Shown here: positions 1-11,040 of the stretch, one piece after another
Position numbering within the stretch: the first letter of the stretch is position 1
Layout of the letters: every line of letters begins with the position of its first letter
DNA from: Pocillopora damicornis
Lineage: Eukaryota
DNA length: 64,000 nt
Reading direction: 5' to 3'
Assembly (NCBI RefSeq): GCF_003704095.1
Contig: NW_020843860.1
Coordinates: forward strand, 1 to 64,000
Made by a program: the position numbers and the translations under genes
Notes under the pieces: generated by a model
Told to the model about the DNA's origin: nothing
The model's database searches: none
What the model saw: the letters and a program-made list of their open reading frames with translations, nothing else

Positions 1-122
1 TGTTGTTGTTTTTTTTTTGCAGGGCCCTTATTGATATTAGCATTTTATGCCGAAGAGGTCACCCTGGTTAAAAACCATTTATTATTACATTATTATGATG
101 TTAATCTAAATGTTTACAACGT

Positions 123-155
123 ACTTCCGGCTTGCGTGCTGTGATCGCGTGACTT
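123..155 (+). promoter_or_regulatory. Conserved proximal promoter motif of the NLR-like genes
   Basis: ACTTCCG..TGCGTGCTGTGATCGCGTGACTT; near-matches upstream of copy B (14267-14290, minus strand) and copy E (35690-35720). Confidence 0.55.
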
Positions 156-209
156 ATATTTGTGCGTCCCTAGTATGGAGATCAGCGGTGTGTGTTAACA
201 GGCTCAAAA

Positions 210-1863
210 ATGGCGGTTGTCGATACCGAAAATAAATCAGATTTAAGACAACTTTTCCAAAATATATCACCATACTTTACTCCAGAGGAATCAGAACATG
301 TTGTACTGTCATTTAAACAGAATTATGGGGGGAAATTCAACTCTCTAGACGATTGCGATCTGCTGAAGTGTTTTCATCTTCTTGAAGAGAATGGGTATGT
401 ATCTGAAAACAACCTCAAACTAATCGAAGACTTCGTTGCTTTGAAATCGAGAGGAGAAGAACTCATTAAGGACGCTATGAAAACTTTTAAGGCCTCTCGT
501 CCAGTAAAAGCTGATCCAGAGAAGAAATTGCAGGGACGGAACGATGAAATCACGAAAATCAACCGAAAACTGGCATCAAAAGATTCTGCAGCTTTAAACT
601 TGTTTGGATCGTCTGGTTTGGGAAAGACAAGACTTGCTAAGGAAGTTTGCTCACAATGGCGTGGAACATATCATGTCTTTGATCTTAGAGAAGCAAAGGA
701 TATGAGAGCGATTTATTACAACATTCTACATTCTCTCGATCTAGCTGTTCCAGTTGGTTACATTGAACTAAAGAATGTTGTGGCAAAAGTTCAAGAGAAA
801 ATAAGAGAGTTGCAGACGAAAAGGGAGGGACATGGTGTTCTGTTTATGCTGGATAACGTGGATCGATTTACCGCAGGACACGGAAAGGACGGAAAGAACT
901 TGAAAACAGCTTTTATACAATTTTTAGAAAAGCTTCTAGAAACCAAAGAAAAAGGGTCTCCCTTGAAACTTTTACTTACATCAAGGGCTCAGTTAAAAGA
1001 TTCCAAAAAGGTGGAAGATTTTGAAGTCAAGTCCCTGAAAAGATCTTTTTCGGAGAAAATCCTCTTTCCTAAGGGGATGAATGATGTCCAACCCCACCAG
1101 ATGGATAAATTTGTTAATACCACCAAAGGATCTCCCCTTTTTCTAGAATTACTGGATCCTATTTTGCGACAAGGACGGAAATCTGTTGATGAACTCATCG
1201 CAAGACTTGCACTCACTCCAAAGAAATCCAAAGTGGAGGAAGATGCCTCAGAGAAGCCATTCGATTTTGAGGACGATGGAGTAGACATGGGTCAGATATC
1301 GGTAGTGAGAGAAACATTCGACACACTTCCCACTGAAAGTTTGAAGGTATCTGCAGTAGTAATCTCCTTGTTTCATGGGCCTTTCTCTGTGCCAACAGCT
1401 GCCAAAGTTCTTGGTATTGACCAGTCAGAAGCTATTGCTCAGTTAGAGGGTCTTGCAGCCAGTCGAATCATTTTTGTAGTTGACAAGGAAGCAAAAGAAA
1501 GGAAGTATGACATCCATCCACTCTTACAGAAGTATGCTGACAGTATCAAGAGTCAGGAAAACTTTCTTGCTCTCTATCTGGAGGCAAAAGCGCGCTTTTA
1601 TGAACTCTTCATGTCCAGGATGAAGGAAATTGCCAAACTCATTGAGCCAGACTATGTCAGAGCATTCCATTTATTTGAGACAGACAGAGGAAACTATGAG
1701 TTCACTGTTGACATATCTTTGCAACCAAAATATTTCAGTGTTCCAGGTGAATTCCATGAATATACTTTGATTGCCTCCCTTTTTGATGCAATGCTAAATG
1801 AGAAGAAAATAATCAAGGTGTTTCATAACTGGGCTGAGAAGTGCCAAGATGATGGAAAGACAG
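210..1863 (+). CDS. Copy A exon 1: DED-like + NB-ARC ATPase + winged helix
   Basis: ORF 192..1925; ATG at 210; donor CAG|GTACAG at 1863/1864, same position as in the paralogues (..DDGKTG|). Confidence 0.9.
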
Positions 1864-4800
1864 GTACAGTACTTTATAATGAAGTTTTGGTCATGCAATT
1901 ATTAATTCTTTTAAAAATTTTATGAACTGTGATTTGTAGTTTATTCTTTATACACATATATCTATATATCTGCATCTATATATATATCATTCTACATCTG
2001 CTTATCTGTACATCAGTATATCTCCATACTGGTCTCTGAATAATTCTTAAGGTTCTTAAATGGAGAATTTGTTAAAAAATCAAGAGCTTCTTTAGTTGGG
2101 GATCATTTCCTTTATTCCTGTGACCTTGATGTTTATTTATGATTCATGGATAAAATTGNNNNNNNNNNNNNNNNNNNNNNNNNNNNNNNNNNNNNNNNNN
2201 NNNNNNNNNNNNNNNNNNNNNNNNNNNNNNNNNNNNNNNNNNNNNNNNNNNNNNNNNNNNNNNNNNNNNNNNNNNNNNNNNNNNNNNNNNNNNNNNNNNN
2301 NNNNNNNNNNNNNNNNNNNNNNNNNNNNNNNNNNNNNNNNNNNNNNNNNNNNNNNNNNNNNNNNNNNNNNNNNNNNNNNNNNNNNNNNNNNNNNNAAGAC
2401 TAGCTAAAAAATTGCTCTGAATATCCTCTCACATATCAACCCTTCAACTCCTAAAAGTGATTAATATCTAATTTCTCCTTACAATGTCACTCCTGAATCA
2501 ATCATGAAGGTTATGAGAATATATGAACTGATCACCAATTAAAGTAGCTCTTCATTGCTGACCAAATTCTCCCTGTCAGCACCTTAGGAAACGTATAGAG
2601 AACAGTGTGGAGAATATGGATACTGATGTTAAGGTAATTCAGTGTAAAGCGTTAATGACTTGAAGTCCTACAATTTAGTCTTTTGGAAAATTGTTCACTT
2701 TGGGAATCCACTTGCAACTGTTATTAAATGAAACATCTGACTGTTAATTCTTCTGCTCTTACAAAATTATAAGCTCCAATAAATATTTTTCATTTTTAAG
2801 TTGCAAAACTGTGGTAATAAGATTACATAATTGACTTGTTGTGTAACATTTTTAGGTTCTCTCATGCGAGCACAGTTGAAATGCCGGGAAGTAAAGCAAG
2901 TTCTTGATGTCCATGGAACAGAGAGAGCATTTGAGGTACTGATGACAGCTTTCAGTTCACTGGAGAAAGTCAACAACAAAACTAGTGATTATTTTATGCT
3001 CACCAAAGGACTCTATCTGTATTGTGAAGGTGAGATCCTTTGGAGAAATGGAGACTTTAAGAAAGCACTTGAATGTTTGAAGTCATCCTTGGAATTCTTT
3101 AAGGCACTGCCAGAGGAGCACACTGATCTTGCGAGGTGCTACAATGCTATTGGAAACTGCTATTCGAGTCTAAAACTACTTGAGAAGGCACTTGAGTTTT
3201 ACAACAAAGCATATATGACTCAAAAGAAAGTGGCAGGATCTGAGCATCACTTTGACATTCCAATTTACAAGAATCAAATTGGAACTGTTTATGTTGGTCT
3301 AGGAGATTACAAAAAGGCTACCAAGTGTTACAAAGATGCCTTGGGCCTTTTGAAGGAACTAAACCTTTTAGATTCGTGGGATGAAGCTCACTTTCTGAGA
3401 AATCTTGCTAATGCTTACATTCACAGAAAGGAGTATAAAAAAGCAACTGAACCCGCAGATAGGGCTTATAACATAAGGATGAAGATTCTCGAAAATCACC
3501 CACTAACTGTGCAAAGCATATACCAGAGAGCAGTGATTCTGTCATACTTGAATGAAGATGAGAGATCCTTGCAGCTCCTTCTTGAAGCATGGAAGATGGA
3601 GAAAGCACTTGATGCAGGAAACCACAGTCCAGTTTGGCGAGATATTATTGTTGGTGTCGAGACCTCATATGATAATCTAGGGAAAGGAAACCAGAAGAAA
3701 GGATTTCGAAAAGAAGCATTGAAATTTTGTGAACATCTCTGGGAAGAACGAAAAGGCTCAAAATTGTTTTGCTTTGATGATTTCGACAAAGAAGTAATTG
3801 ATACTATTTTGGAACTTCTTAGCAAGAAGAAAGGCAAATACATTGTTTACAAAGTGGAAAAGGAACAATTTCAGAAGATGTATAGTGTTAAGAAAGAAGA
3901 ATTTCAAGAAAAAGCTGACCAGACCCAAAGAATTCTACTGCACTCAGGTAAAAGCCAATGGCATTGCAAGTTATTCCTAAATTAGAGTGTTGTAGGCATT
4001 TTGCTGTTAACCCTTTATACCCTAACATCAGTCTGTATATTCTCCATAGTGTTTTTATACAAATCCTTAGGTGCTAACAAGGAGAATTTGTTTATCAATC
4101 CAGAAAATATTTTGTCAATGATCATTTCCTTCATTCTCATGACCTTATACTGTCTGAAGCAGGGTTTATATTGTTAGGAGAAATTAGCTCTTGGTCACTC
4201 TCAGAGGTTAAAGGATAAACCCCTTAACCCCTAAGAGTGGTTAGGAACTATTTCCTCCTATCAGTGTCACCCTTAAAACAATCATTGAGGTCATGAGAAT
4301 AAGGGATATGATCACCAACTAAAGAAGTTCTTAATTGTTAAACAAATTCTCTTTGTCAATACCATAGGAAATGTATACAGAATGTTATGGAGAAAATGTA
4401 AACTGATGTTAAGATGTAAAGAGTTAATAGCATTTGGTGGGAAATGCATTGTCCTAATGGTTAGTGTGCTGGACTCCAGGTCAAGAGATCATGGTTCAAG
4501 ACCTGGCTGATCTAGTTATTGTGTTGTGTTCTTGGACAAAATACTTTAGCCAATTAATTCCCAAGATCTCATCAATAATTCTCCTTACTGTCTCCCATAC
4601 AGTTCTTGTGATGTTGGTTTGGAGAATTTGGTATTGGATCATCTTACAATCCCCTAACTGATATTTTTTGTTATTCTCATCACTTGTCTGCTTGATATTG
4701 TTTTGATATTGTAAGGAGAAATTCTGTCTTGGTCACTCATGGGAGTTAAAGGGTTAAATTACTCTGTCAGTGCCTCTTGAGCCCCATTCAGGACTACAAA

Positions 4801-7800
4801 TAGATACTGGCAAATTTTTAGGCAAGCCTGCTGAAATGCTGGGGTGGTAAACTTTCAATAGACTGGCATCCCATCTAGGGGGAAGTAGTAATACTCCCAA
4901 TCACTTCATGCTCAGGAAACCAGGATAAACTCCAGCTGGATGAGCCACTTTGACTCTTGGACTGAGTCTCACAAACCCAAACTGACACACATGTTAAGTT
5001 TACAAAGCATACAAAGTATAAAGTTGCATTTACACACTTGGAATTGTAGAGACACAGAGGTAAATTAAGGGAGATTAATACTGGTAATAGGACCAAGTGG
5101 AGTCCAATTTGTCTGTTCTCAGACTAGTGATTAACAAAATTGGACAACTATGAAGGGGGAGTCCGATTTGTCAATCATGAGTATGATTACCAACAGAATT
5201 GGATGACACGAAGTCCAGTTACCAATTAATCATGACTGTTTGAATTTCCAAAAAAACAAACAAACAAAAACAAATACACTTAGGACAAACATCTCCAAAA
5301 TTGACAATGTTTAAAGTAAAAAATTCTTCCATTTAGGAAGTTCCCCAGTTTCTTTTTTCAGGGTAAGTAGTTGTTTCTATGGTTATGGTGATCAATTTTG
5401 TGATTGGTGGATTTAGCTGAGGGAGTGGACTTTAGTTAGTATGATTGACTGCTTCAACTGTCTGCTAATGCACCAATCATGTTTGAGGCATGCAGTTTTG
5501 GTAGGAAATGCAATTTTTGCAATGCTATTTAAGGAAAACAACTATTTTTAGCCTCTGAGAGGGAAAAGGTGCCTGATGCCAAATCAGCAAAAGGAGATGA
5601 TGCAGAGGAGGAGGAAGAAGTTGTGGTGGAGTTGTCCGATGAAGAAGATTCAAAGCCAAACCCTAGAGACAGCAAAAAGATTGTGGTCAGGAGGTAATTC
5701 ATTTTTCTATCTATGATTTTTCTTGTTGTGCTGGGCTCTTACAGAACCTTCAAAGGGGTTGTAAAGCAAAGGCTAATGCTCTAAATGTCTATTTGCTCCT
5801 CAGAGATGAGATAACAGACAAGGGAGACACATGGAATCTACCGGAGGCTGGTGCATTTATCACCTTTTCTCCAGGATTTCTGAAAGAACCCTTGTGGGTC
5901 TCTTGTTCCATGTGGAGTCCTAGATCCCTCTCTCCTCCCATAGGCAGTAATGAGCTCTTGGTGAGTAATTTGATTGAACTATCTTATGAAGGCCCACCAA
6001 CTCTAGAGTCTGGGGAAGCTGCTACAGGATGCATAACCATGGGTTTGTTGCACAGTGCCTCTGATTTCAAGGGATATGAAGTAGTTATTAAGAAACTGGT
6101 TGACCAAGAAAACAATGAATGGGAAGATTTGGAAACAAGAATCATGTGGAATTCAGCAGGTATTTAAACTCAAGTTATTAAAATCATTTATCTACCCGAC
6201 TGGATATTTGTTATTATCCCAGCTATAAATCCAAAGGAAATTTTCTCCTCATACAGCTGTAGGTGCAATAATGATGATTATAATATGGCAAGGTAGTCCT
6301 GAGGTAAATCTTAGTGTTCTGATTGGTTCTTACTTGGTCAGTATTTTGCCATACAGAGTGTTTCCATGGAAACAGTTGTAAGCTCTGTATTTTTTTTTAG
6401 TTAAAGTAAGCAAATTCAAAATGGAAAAGTTTGGTCTGATTGCCATATGATAAACTACTTACTATGGGAACCTTGTTTTCAAAATACTGGATTTATATAG
6501 AGCAAAACTTGTCTTTATATATTGCAGACAAATTCATTTCCACAGTACAAGTGTAGATCCCCAATTGAGACTTATATTCCAGGTGTGCAGTTATCAAAAG
6601 CCAATTCATTTCTTTGATTGAAAGGTTAAGAGTGAGAATGCATCTGACAGCAAAGCTACAGATCGTTTTTTATTTTTTTAGAGAGTCGATGTAATACCCC
6701 TGTCTCTCTTTCCAAAAGGTATAGGTGACTTTTCTGGCAGGAGCTCAGGGGAGGGCCTAGTTTTTAATATGGAATCCCGCTAGGTACCCTTCATGCTGAA
6801 GAGTCAACTAAATTTACTAAATAAATGAATTTTTCATATTCTTTCTTGAAGAAATGAATCCAGCTGTTATGGACTGCCCATATGCTGAAGCGACTTGCTC
6901 TGGAATCTGCTTTACCTCCTTTGCGGTTATTTGGCGCCTGAAGTCTTTTGTCTTTTGGAAGACAAAGAATTTGAGCCCCGAGTTTACTTGCACAGTGCCA
7001 GACTATCCAAATGTCTGTGTTTCAATCCCATGGAATTCTGTTCCTGACAACACAGACTTCTCTTTAACTCTAAAGGTAACTAAACTTAGTGTAGGTTTCA
7101 AATAAGTCAAACCATAGCCACCTATAATGTCGGTGTCATAAATATTTGTTGTTCCTTCTGGATCACAGGTACAGGAGGCACCAAGCACCGATGGCAGAGT
7201 TGGAATCTTGTTGGGTCCGGTTCTTCACATTTCGTGCTCACATGGAATAACGCTCTTGGAGCCAGCAAAAATCAACCTTCCTCTTGCACTTTTTAAAGGT
7301 GATAGAGAATTGTTGGACATGCACTCAGGTCAGTGGAGGATATTTCACTTTCAGCAGGAATGGAGAGATATCACAGATCGGTTGGAGATGTCAGTTGCTA
7401 TTACAGATGGAATAGTGAGATTCAAAGTGAAAACTTTCTGCAGGTAAGTAAAGGTTCTCATTGGTTAAAATTTAAATTACATTAAAAATGTTCGTTGATC
7501 CCGGAAGTGTTCGTGATGTTATCACTTATAGACCAAGTAATGGTCAACCTCATGCATACTGTACTACTACGACTATGCTGAGAAAGACGAAAACGATAGC
7601 GTTAACGACCACGACGTCAACAAGGACGAGAATGACGACCATGACATGGACGAGGGCATGGACGAAGGCAAGGACAAAGAAAAATTGATAACATGGACAA
7701 GGAGGAGGGACGAGGAAGAGGAGGATGAAGAGGACGAGGACAAGGAGGGAGACGAGGAAGAGGAGGAGGAGGAGGAGGGGAGGAGGAGGAGGGGGACAAG

Positions 7801-9316
7801 GAAAGGGACGAGGAGAAGATGACGAGGACGAGGAGGGGGACAAGGAAAAGGGCCGAGGAGGAGTAGGAGTAGGGGGAGGACGAGGATGAGGACGAGGACT
7901 CAAACTGGGACGACAACTGTGACATTGACAACGAAAGTGACTATCACCTTGACGGTGAAGATTCCTTAACAATAATAATGAAAGTGTCAATGATAGCGAC
8001 ACATACAACAGCAGTAACGATGACTTTGGCATTGTCACCGATAGTAGCCATAGCAATCTATTTTCACTATTTTCCCTACGGTAGTAAGTTATTGACGAAC
8101 AGATTACTTTCCAAGCTATCGGTAATTTAAGAAACTAACCACCTGTGGAGTGCTTGTCTTTAATGTTAGTAAAAGAAGATGTTTTTTCGATGATTTTTAA
8201 AATGATGCCTTATCGTTTTCTCTCAGATTTTTGCCTTTGTGGGTGGTTGCTAATCTTGCTGGTGTTGATGCTGGTGATGTCTCTGATCTGGCCAGGAGAT
8301 CGATGAAACAACGAGCTGGGTTTTTAGCTTGCATGTGTCGAGATGTTGTACCTGAAAGATACTTGCTGAAGCTATTTTGTTTCCCACTTCATTTGAAATC
8401 CAAAGTGAATAAGAATATGGTAAAGTTGAATTACGATGTGATCTTTCAAGGAGATGGAAACTCGAAGAAACCTCTATTCAACGAAGACGAAACGTCTGTT
8501 GCTCTTTCAAAAGGACTGAAGGTACACGAAGGAGGAGATACTGACAACCTCTCCTTAACGTAAGTGTTTGTTGCTCATATCATGATTACTACCACTTGGT
8601 GCTGTTTTCTGTTTTCTATTTCATATTATATAGGGTCTCAAGCAGGAAACGTCTGCTGTAAAATGTTGTTCCAGACCCCCACAGCAAATCTGCACTCCAA
8701 TGATTCCCTTCTTAATCTTTGAATTTAACCTTAGACAAAATCGTTTAGGAGTACCACCGCCAAATGAAGTAAGATAAAGAGATGCTAGGCAATTAGGATA
8801 TAGAGATTACGTTTAGAACACAGGTAGAAAGACCAGCAAAATATTCAGAATTTATCGGGAATCAATTATGACAACATCACTAATGGTCCGTCGGGTGGAA
8901 ATCCCATCAAACAGCTGTTGGTGTCATTCTGTTAGAAGCAGCAACTTACCTGAGTAGACTTACGGTAATGGATTTTAGTTAAAAATGCGCCACAAAGAGA
9001 TACAAAAAGTGGGCATAAATTACCAGAGCAACTCGCAAGGCATAAGCTCAGTTTGTTTTTCTGCAGACAGATTTCCTAATTAATTTTGGTCGCAAGAGTC
9101 TCCGTTGGATTGCTTTTACATTAACGGAGAATGTATTATTTTCTTTCTTGTGTCAGGTTTTATGATGATGGAGAAGACCAAAATGATGTGTTCGTCACTA
9201 TTGAAGATAAAAGTAACATGTCAGTAGACTTCTTGAAACGGCTTAACGCCGAGGATAGGACAGACCATGAATTGTTATGTAAAGTTCGCATTATTATTCG
9301 AGGATCTCCATCGCAG
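210..9316 (+). CDS. NLR-like receptor copy A (multi-exon): DED-like - NB-ARC/STAND - TPR - acidic linker - ZU5-ZU5-UPA (PIDD-like); probably continues into the GT4 exon at ~9813-11040
   Basis: Phase-compatible GT/AG exons read by hand: 210-1863, 2856-3947, 5552-5693, 5804-6159, 6852-7075, 7169-7443, 8227-8559, 9157-9316. Motifs: DED-like LxxLEENGYVSENNLKLIE, Walker A GSSGLGKT, Walker B FMLDNVD, sensor-1 LLLTSR, GxP (KGSPL), MHD-like YDIHPLL, TPRs (LARCYNAIGNCY), ZU5 (LGPVLHIS..EPAKINLPL). Confidence 0.85.
2856..3947 (+). CDS. Copy A exon 2: TPR repeat region (short form)
   Basis: ORF 2831..3985; acceptor TTTAG|, donor CAG|GTAAAA; repeated TPR consensus (A..Y..IG..Y...G.Y.KA..CY..AL). Confidence 0.9.
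4007..4428. mobile_element. Two adjacent TTAA-MITE copies in opposite orientation
   Basis: TTAACCCTTTA..GGTTAAAGGATAAA followed directly by CCCCTTAACCC..GTAAAGAGTTAA, same internal sequence as the 37817 element. Confidence 0.65.
4445..4950 (+). mobile_element. tRNA-headed SINE interrupted by a TTAA-MITE (4547-4757)
   Basis: A-box-like CCTAATGGTTAG and B-box GGTTCAAGACC; the SINE body (TGTGTTGTGTTCTTGG..TACTTT) resumes after the MITE (ACTCTGTCAGTGCCTCT..CATCCCATCTAGGGGG). Confidence 0.6.
7560..7910. repeat. Purine-rich (GAC/GAG)n low-complexity tract in an intron of copy A
   Basis: Degenerate ACG/GAG triplet runs; lies between the donor at 7443 and the acceptor at 8227. Confidence 0.85.
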
Positions 9317-9812
9317 GTATTTCTTCTTGTTTTTTAGCTGCATTGATCCGGCTTCTCAATTTGCAGTAGAAAGGCATAGCAACGAATGTAAAATATGCCG
9401 GTTTAACACAGTCGTCATCTTAATTAATTAGCGGCAACCATGATTAGAAAAGCTACTTCTAAGAAGTTAGGTTGTTTTCCTCACTCATCCCCTACTCGAT
9501 CACAAAGGTCATCCGTACGTAAGTCCTTTGGTACAGATTTGACGTTGCCAAAATGACACACCAAGGGCTTAAACTTCNNNNNNNNNNNNNNNNNNNNNNN
9601 NNNNNNNNNNNNNNNNNNNNNNNNNNNNNNNNNNNNNNNNNNNNNNNNNNNNNNNNNNNNNNNNNNNNNNNNNNNNNNNNNNNNNNNNNNNNNNNNNNNN
9701 NNNNNNNNNNNNNNNNNNNNNNNNNNNNNNNNNNNNNNNNNNNNNNNNNNNNNNNNNNNNNNNNNNNNNNNNNNNNNNNNNNNNNNNNNNNNNNNNNNNN
9801 NNNNNNNNNNNG

Positions 9813-11040
9813 TCTTCAGATATAACTGACACGTCACAAAGCGAACGAGGAACTCGAGTTAATCCAAGAGGGCCCGACTCAAAATTGAAAGTCTCTCTTT
9901 TGGCAAGTGAGTGGAGCTCATCAATGGGAGGATTGTCCACCATTAACAGACACCTCGCCATTCAATTGGGCAGGCACGCCCAAGTGGAAGTCACTTTCCT
10001 TGTCCCACCCTCTAGCTGCTCTGAAGAAGAGATAGGATTAGCACGAAGCTGCAATGTTGCCATCAGGGAAGTACAGAGTCGTACAGGTTACGACCTCCTT
10101 GACTTCCTGATAACTCCGCCGGAAGACCTGGAAATTGATGTAGTAGTGGGTCATGGTCAGAAGCTTGGTAAACAAGCCCAGTTTATCACAAGATCACACG
10201 GTTGCAAGTGGATTCAGGTAGTTCATACTTCACCTGAGGATCTAGGAATGCACAAAAAGTATCCCAAGGCGATTTCAAAGGGTGGGAAGAAGAAAACAAT
10301 CGAAGTAGAGTTGTGTAAACAAGCAGATGCTGTTGTCGCAATTGGACCTACTTTAAAGGAGACCTTCTCAGCTTATCTTCGCCCCTGTGGCAAACAGCAA
10401 GACATAATTGAATTGACTCCAGGCATCTTCAGTGAATTTTCGACCATAAAACATGCTACAGTGGACAATAAAAACTTTAGGGTGTTAATCTTTGGTCGGA
10501 GTGATCGAGAGGACTTTGCAGTTAAAGGATACGATATAGCTTCCAAGGCAATAGCCGAACTGAGCGACCCTACTTACCGCCTGATCTTTGTGGGTGCACC
10601 TGACGGAGAAGAAGAGGAGATTAAAGAATATTTGCTTCAGAATGGAATTCCAGATGGCCAGCTAACTGTGAGAAAGTTTGTACAAAGCAAAGAGGAATTG
10701 GAAGAATTGTTTTGTGAGGTGGATCTGTGCATCATGCCATCAAGAGTGGAAGGGTTTGGCTTAACGGCCCTGGAGGCTATGTCAGCTGGTCTTCCCATTC
10801 TTGTCAGTGGCTGTTCTGGATTTGGAGAAGCACTTTGCACTGTGCTACTAGGCGAAGAAGTTGTTGTCAGTAAATCTGAGGATCCCAAGGAATGGGCAAA
10901 GGCAATCGCCGGTGTCCGCCAGAAGGAAAGATTACAGCGACTTCGAGAGATTCAACAGATACGGTGTTCCTATGAAGAGAAGTATGACTGGGAAAAACAG
11001 TGTGAAATTCTCGTGAAGAAGATGTGGGACATACGTTATG
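9813..11040 (+). CDS. GT-B fold family 4 (Glycos_transf_1-like) glycosyltransferase exon
   Basis: ORF 9885..11075; SEWSSSMGGLST N-terminal motif, KGYD, and EX7E donor-binding motif PSRVEGFGLTALEAMSAGLPIL; donor G|GTAAGT at 11040. The frame is open back to the gap edge. Confidence 0.9.

Noticed and set aside
7488-8056. Pro/Ser/Thr-rich and hydrophobic ORFs (7488+, 7550-, 7617-)
   Set aside because: Products of a GAG/GAC low-complexity tract inside a clean intron of copy A.
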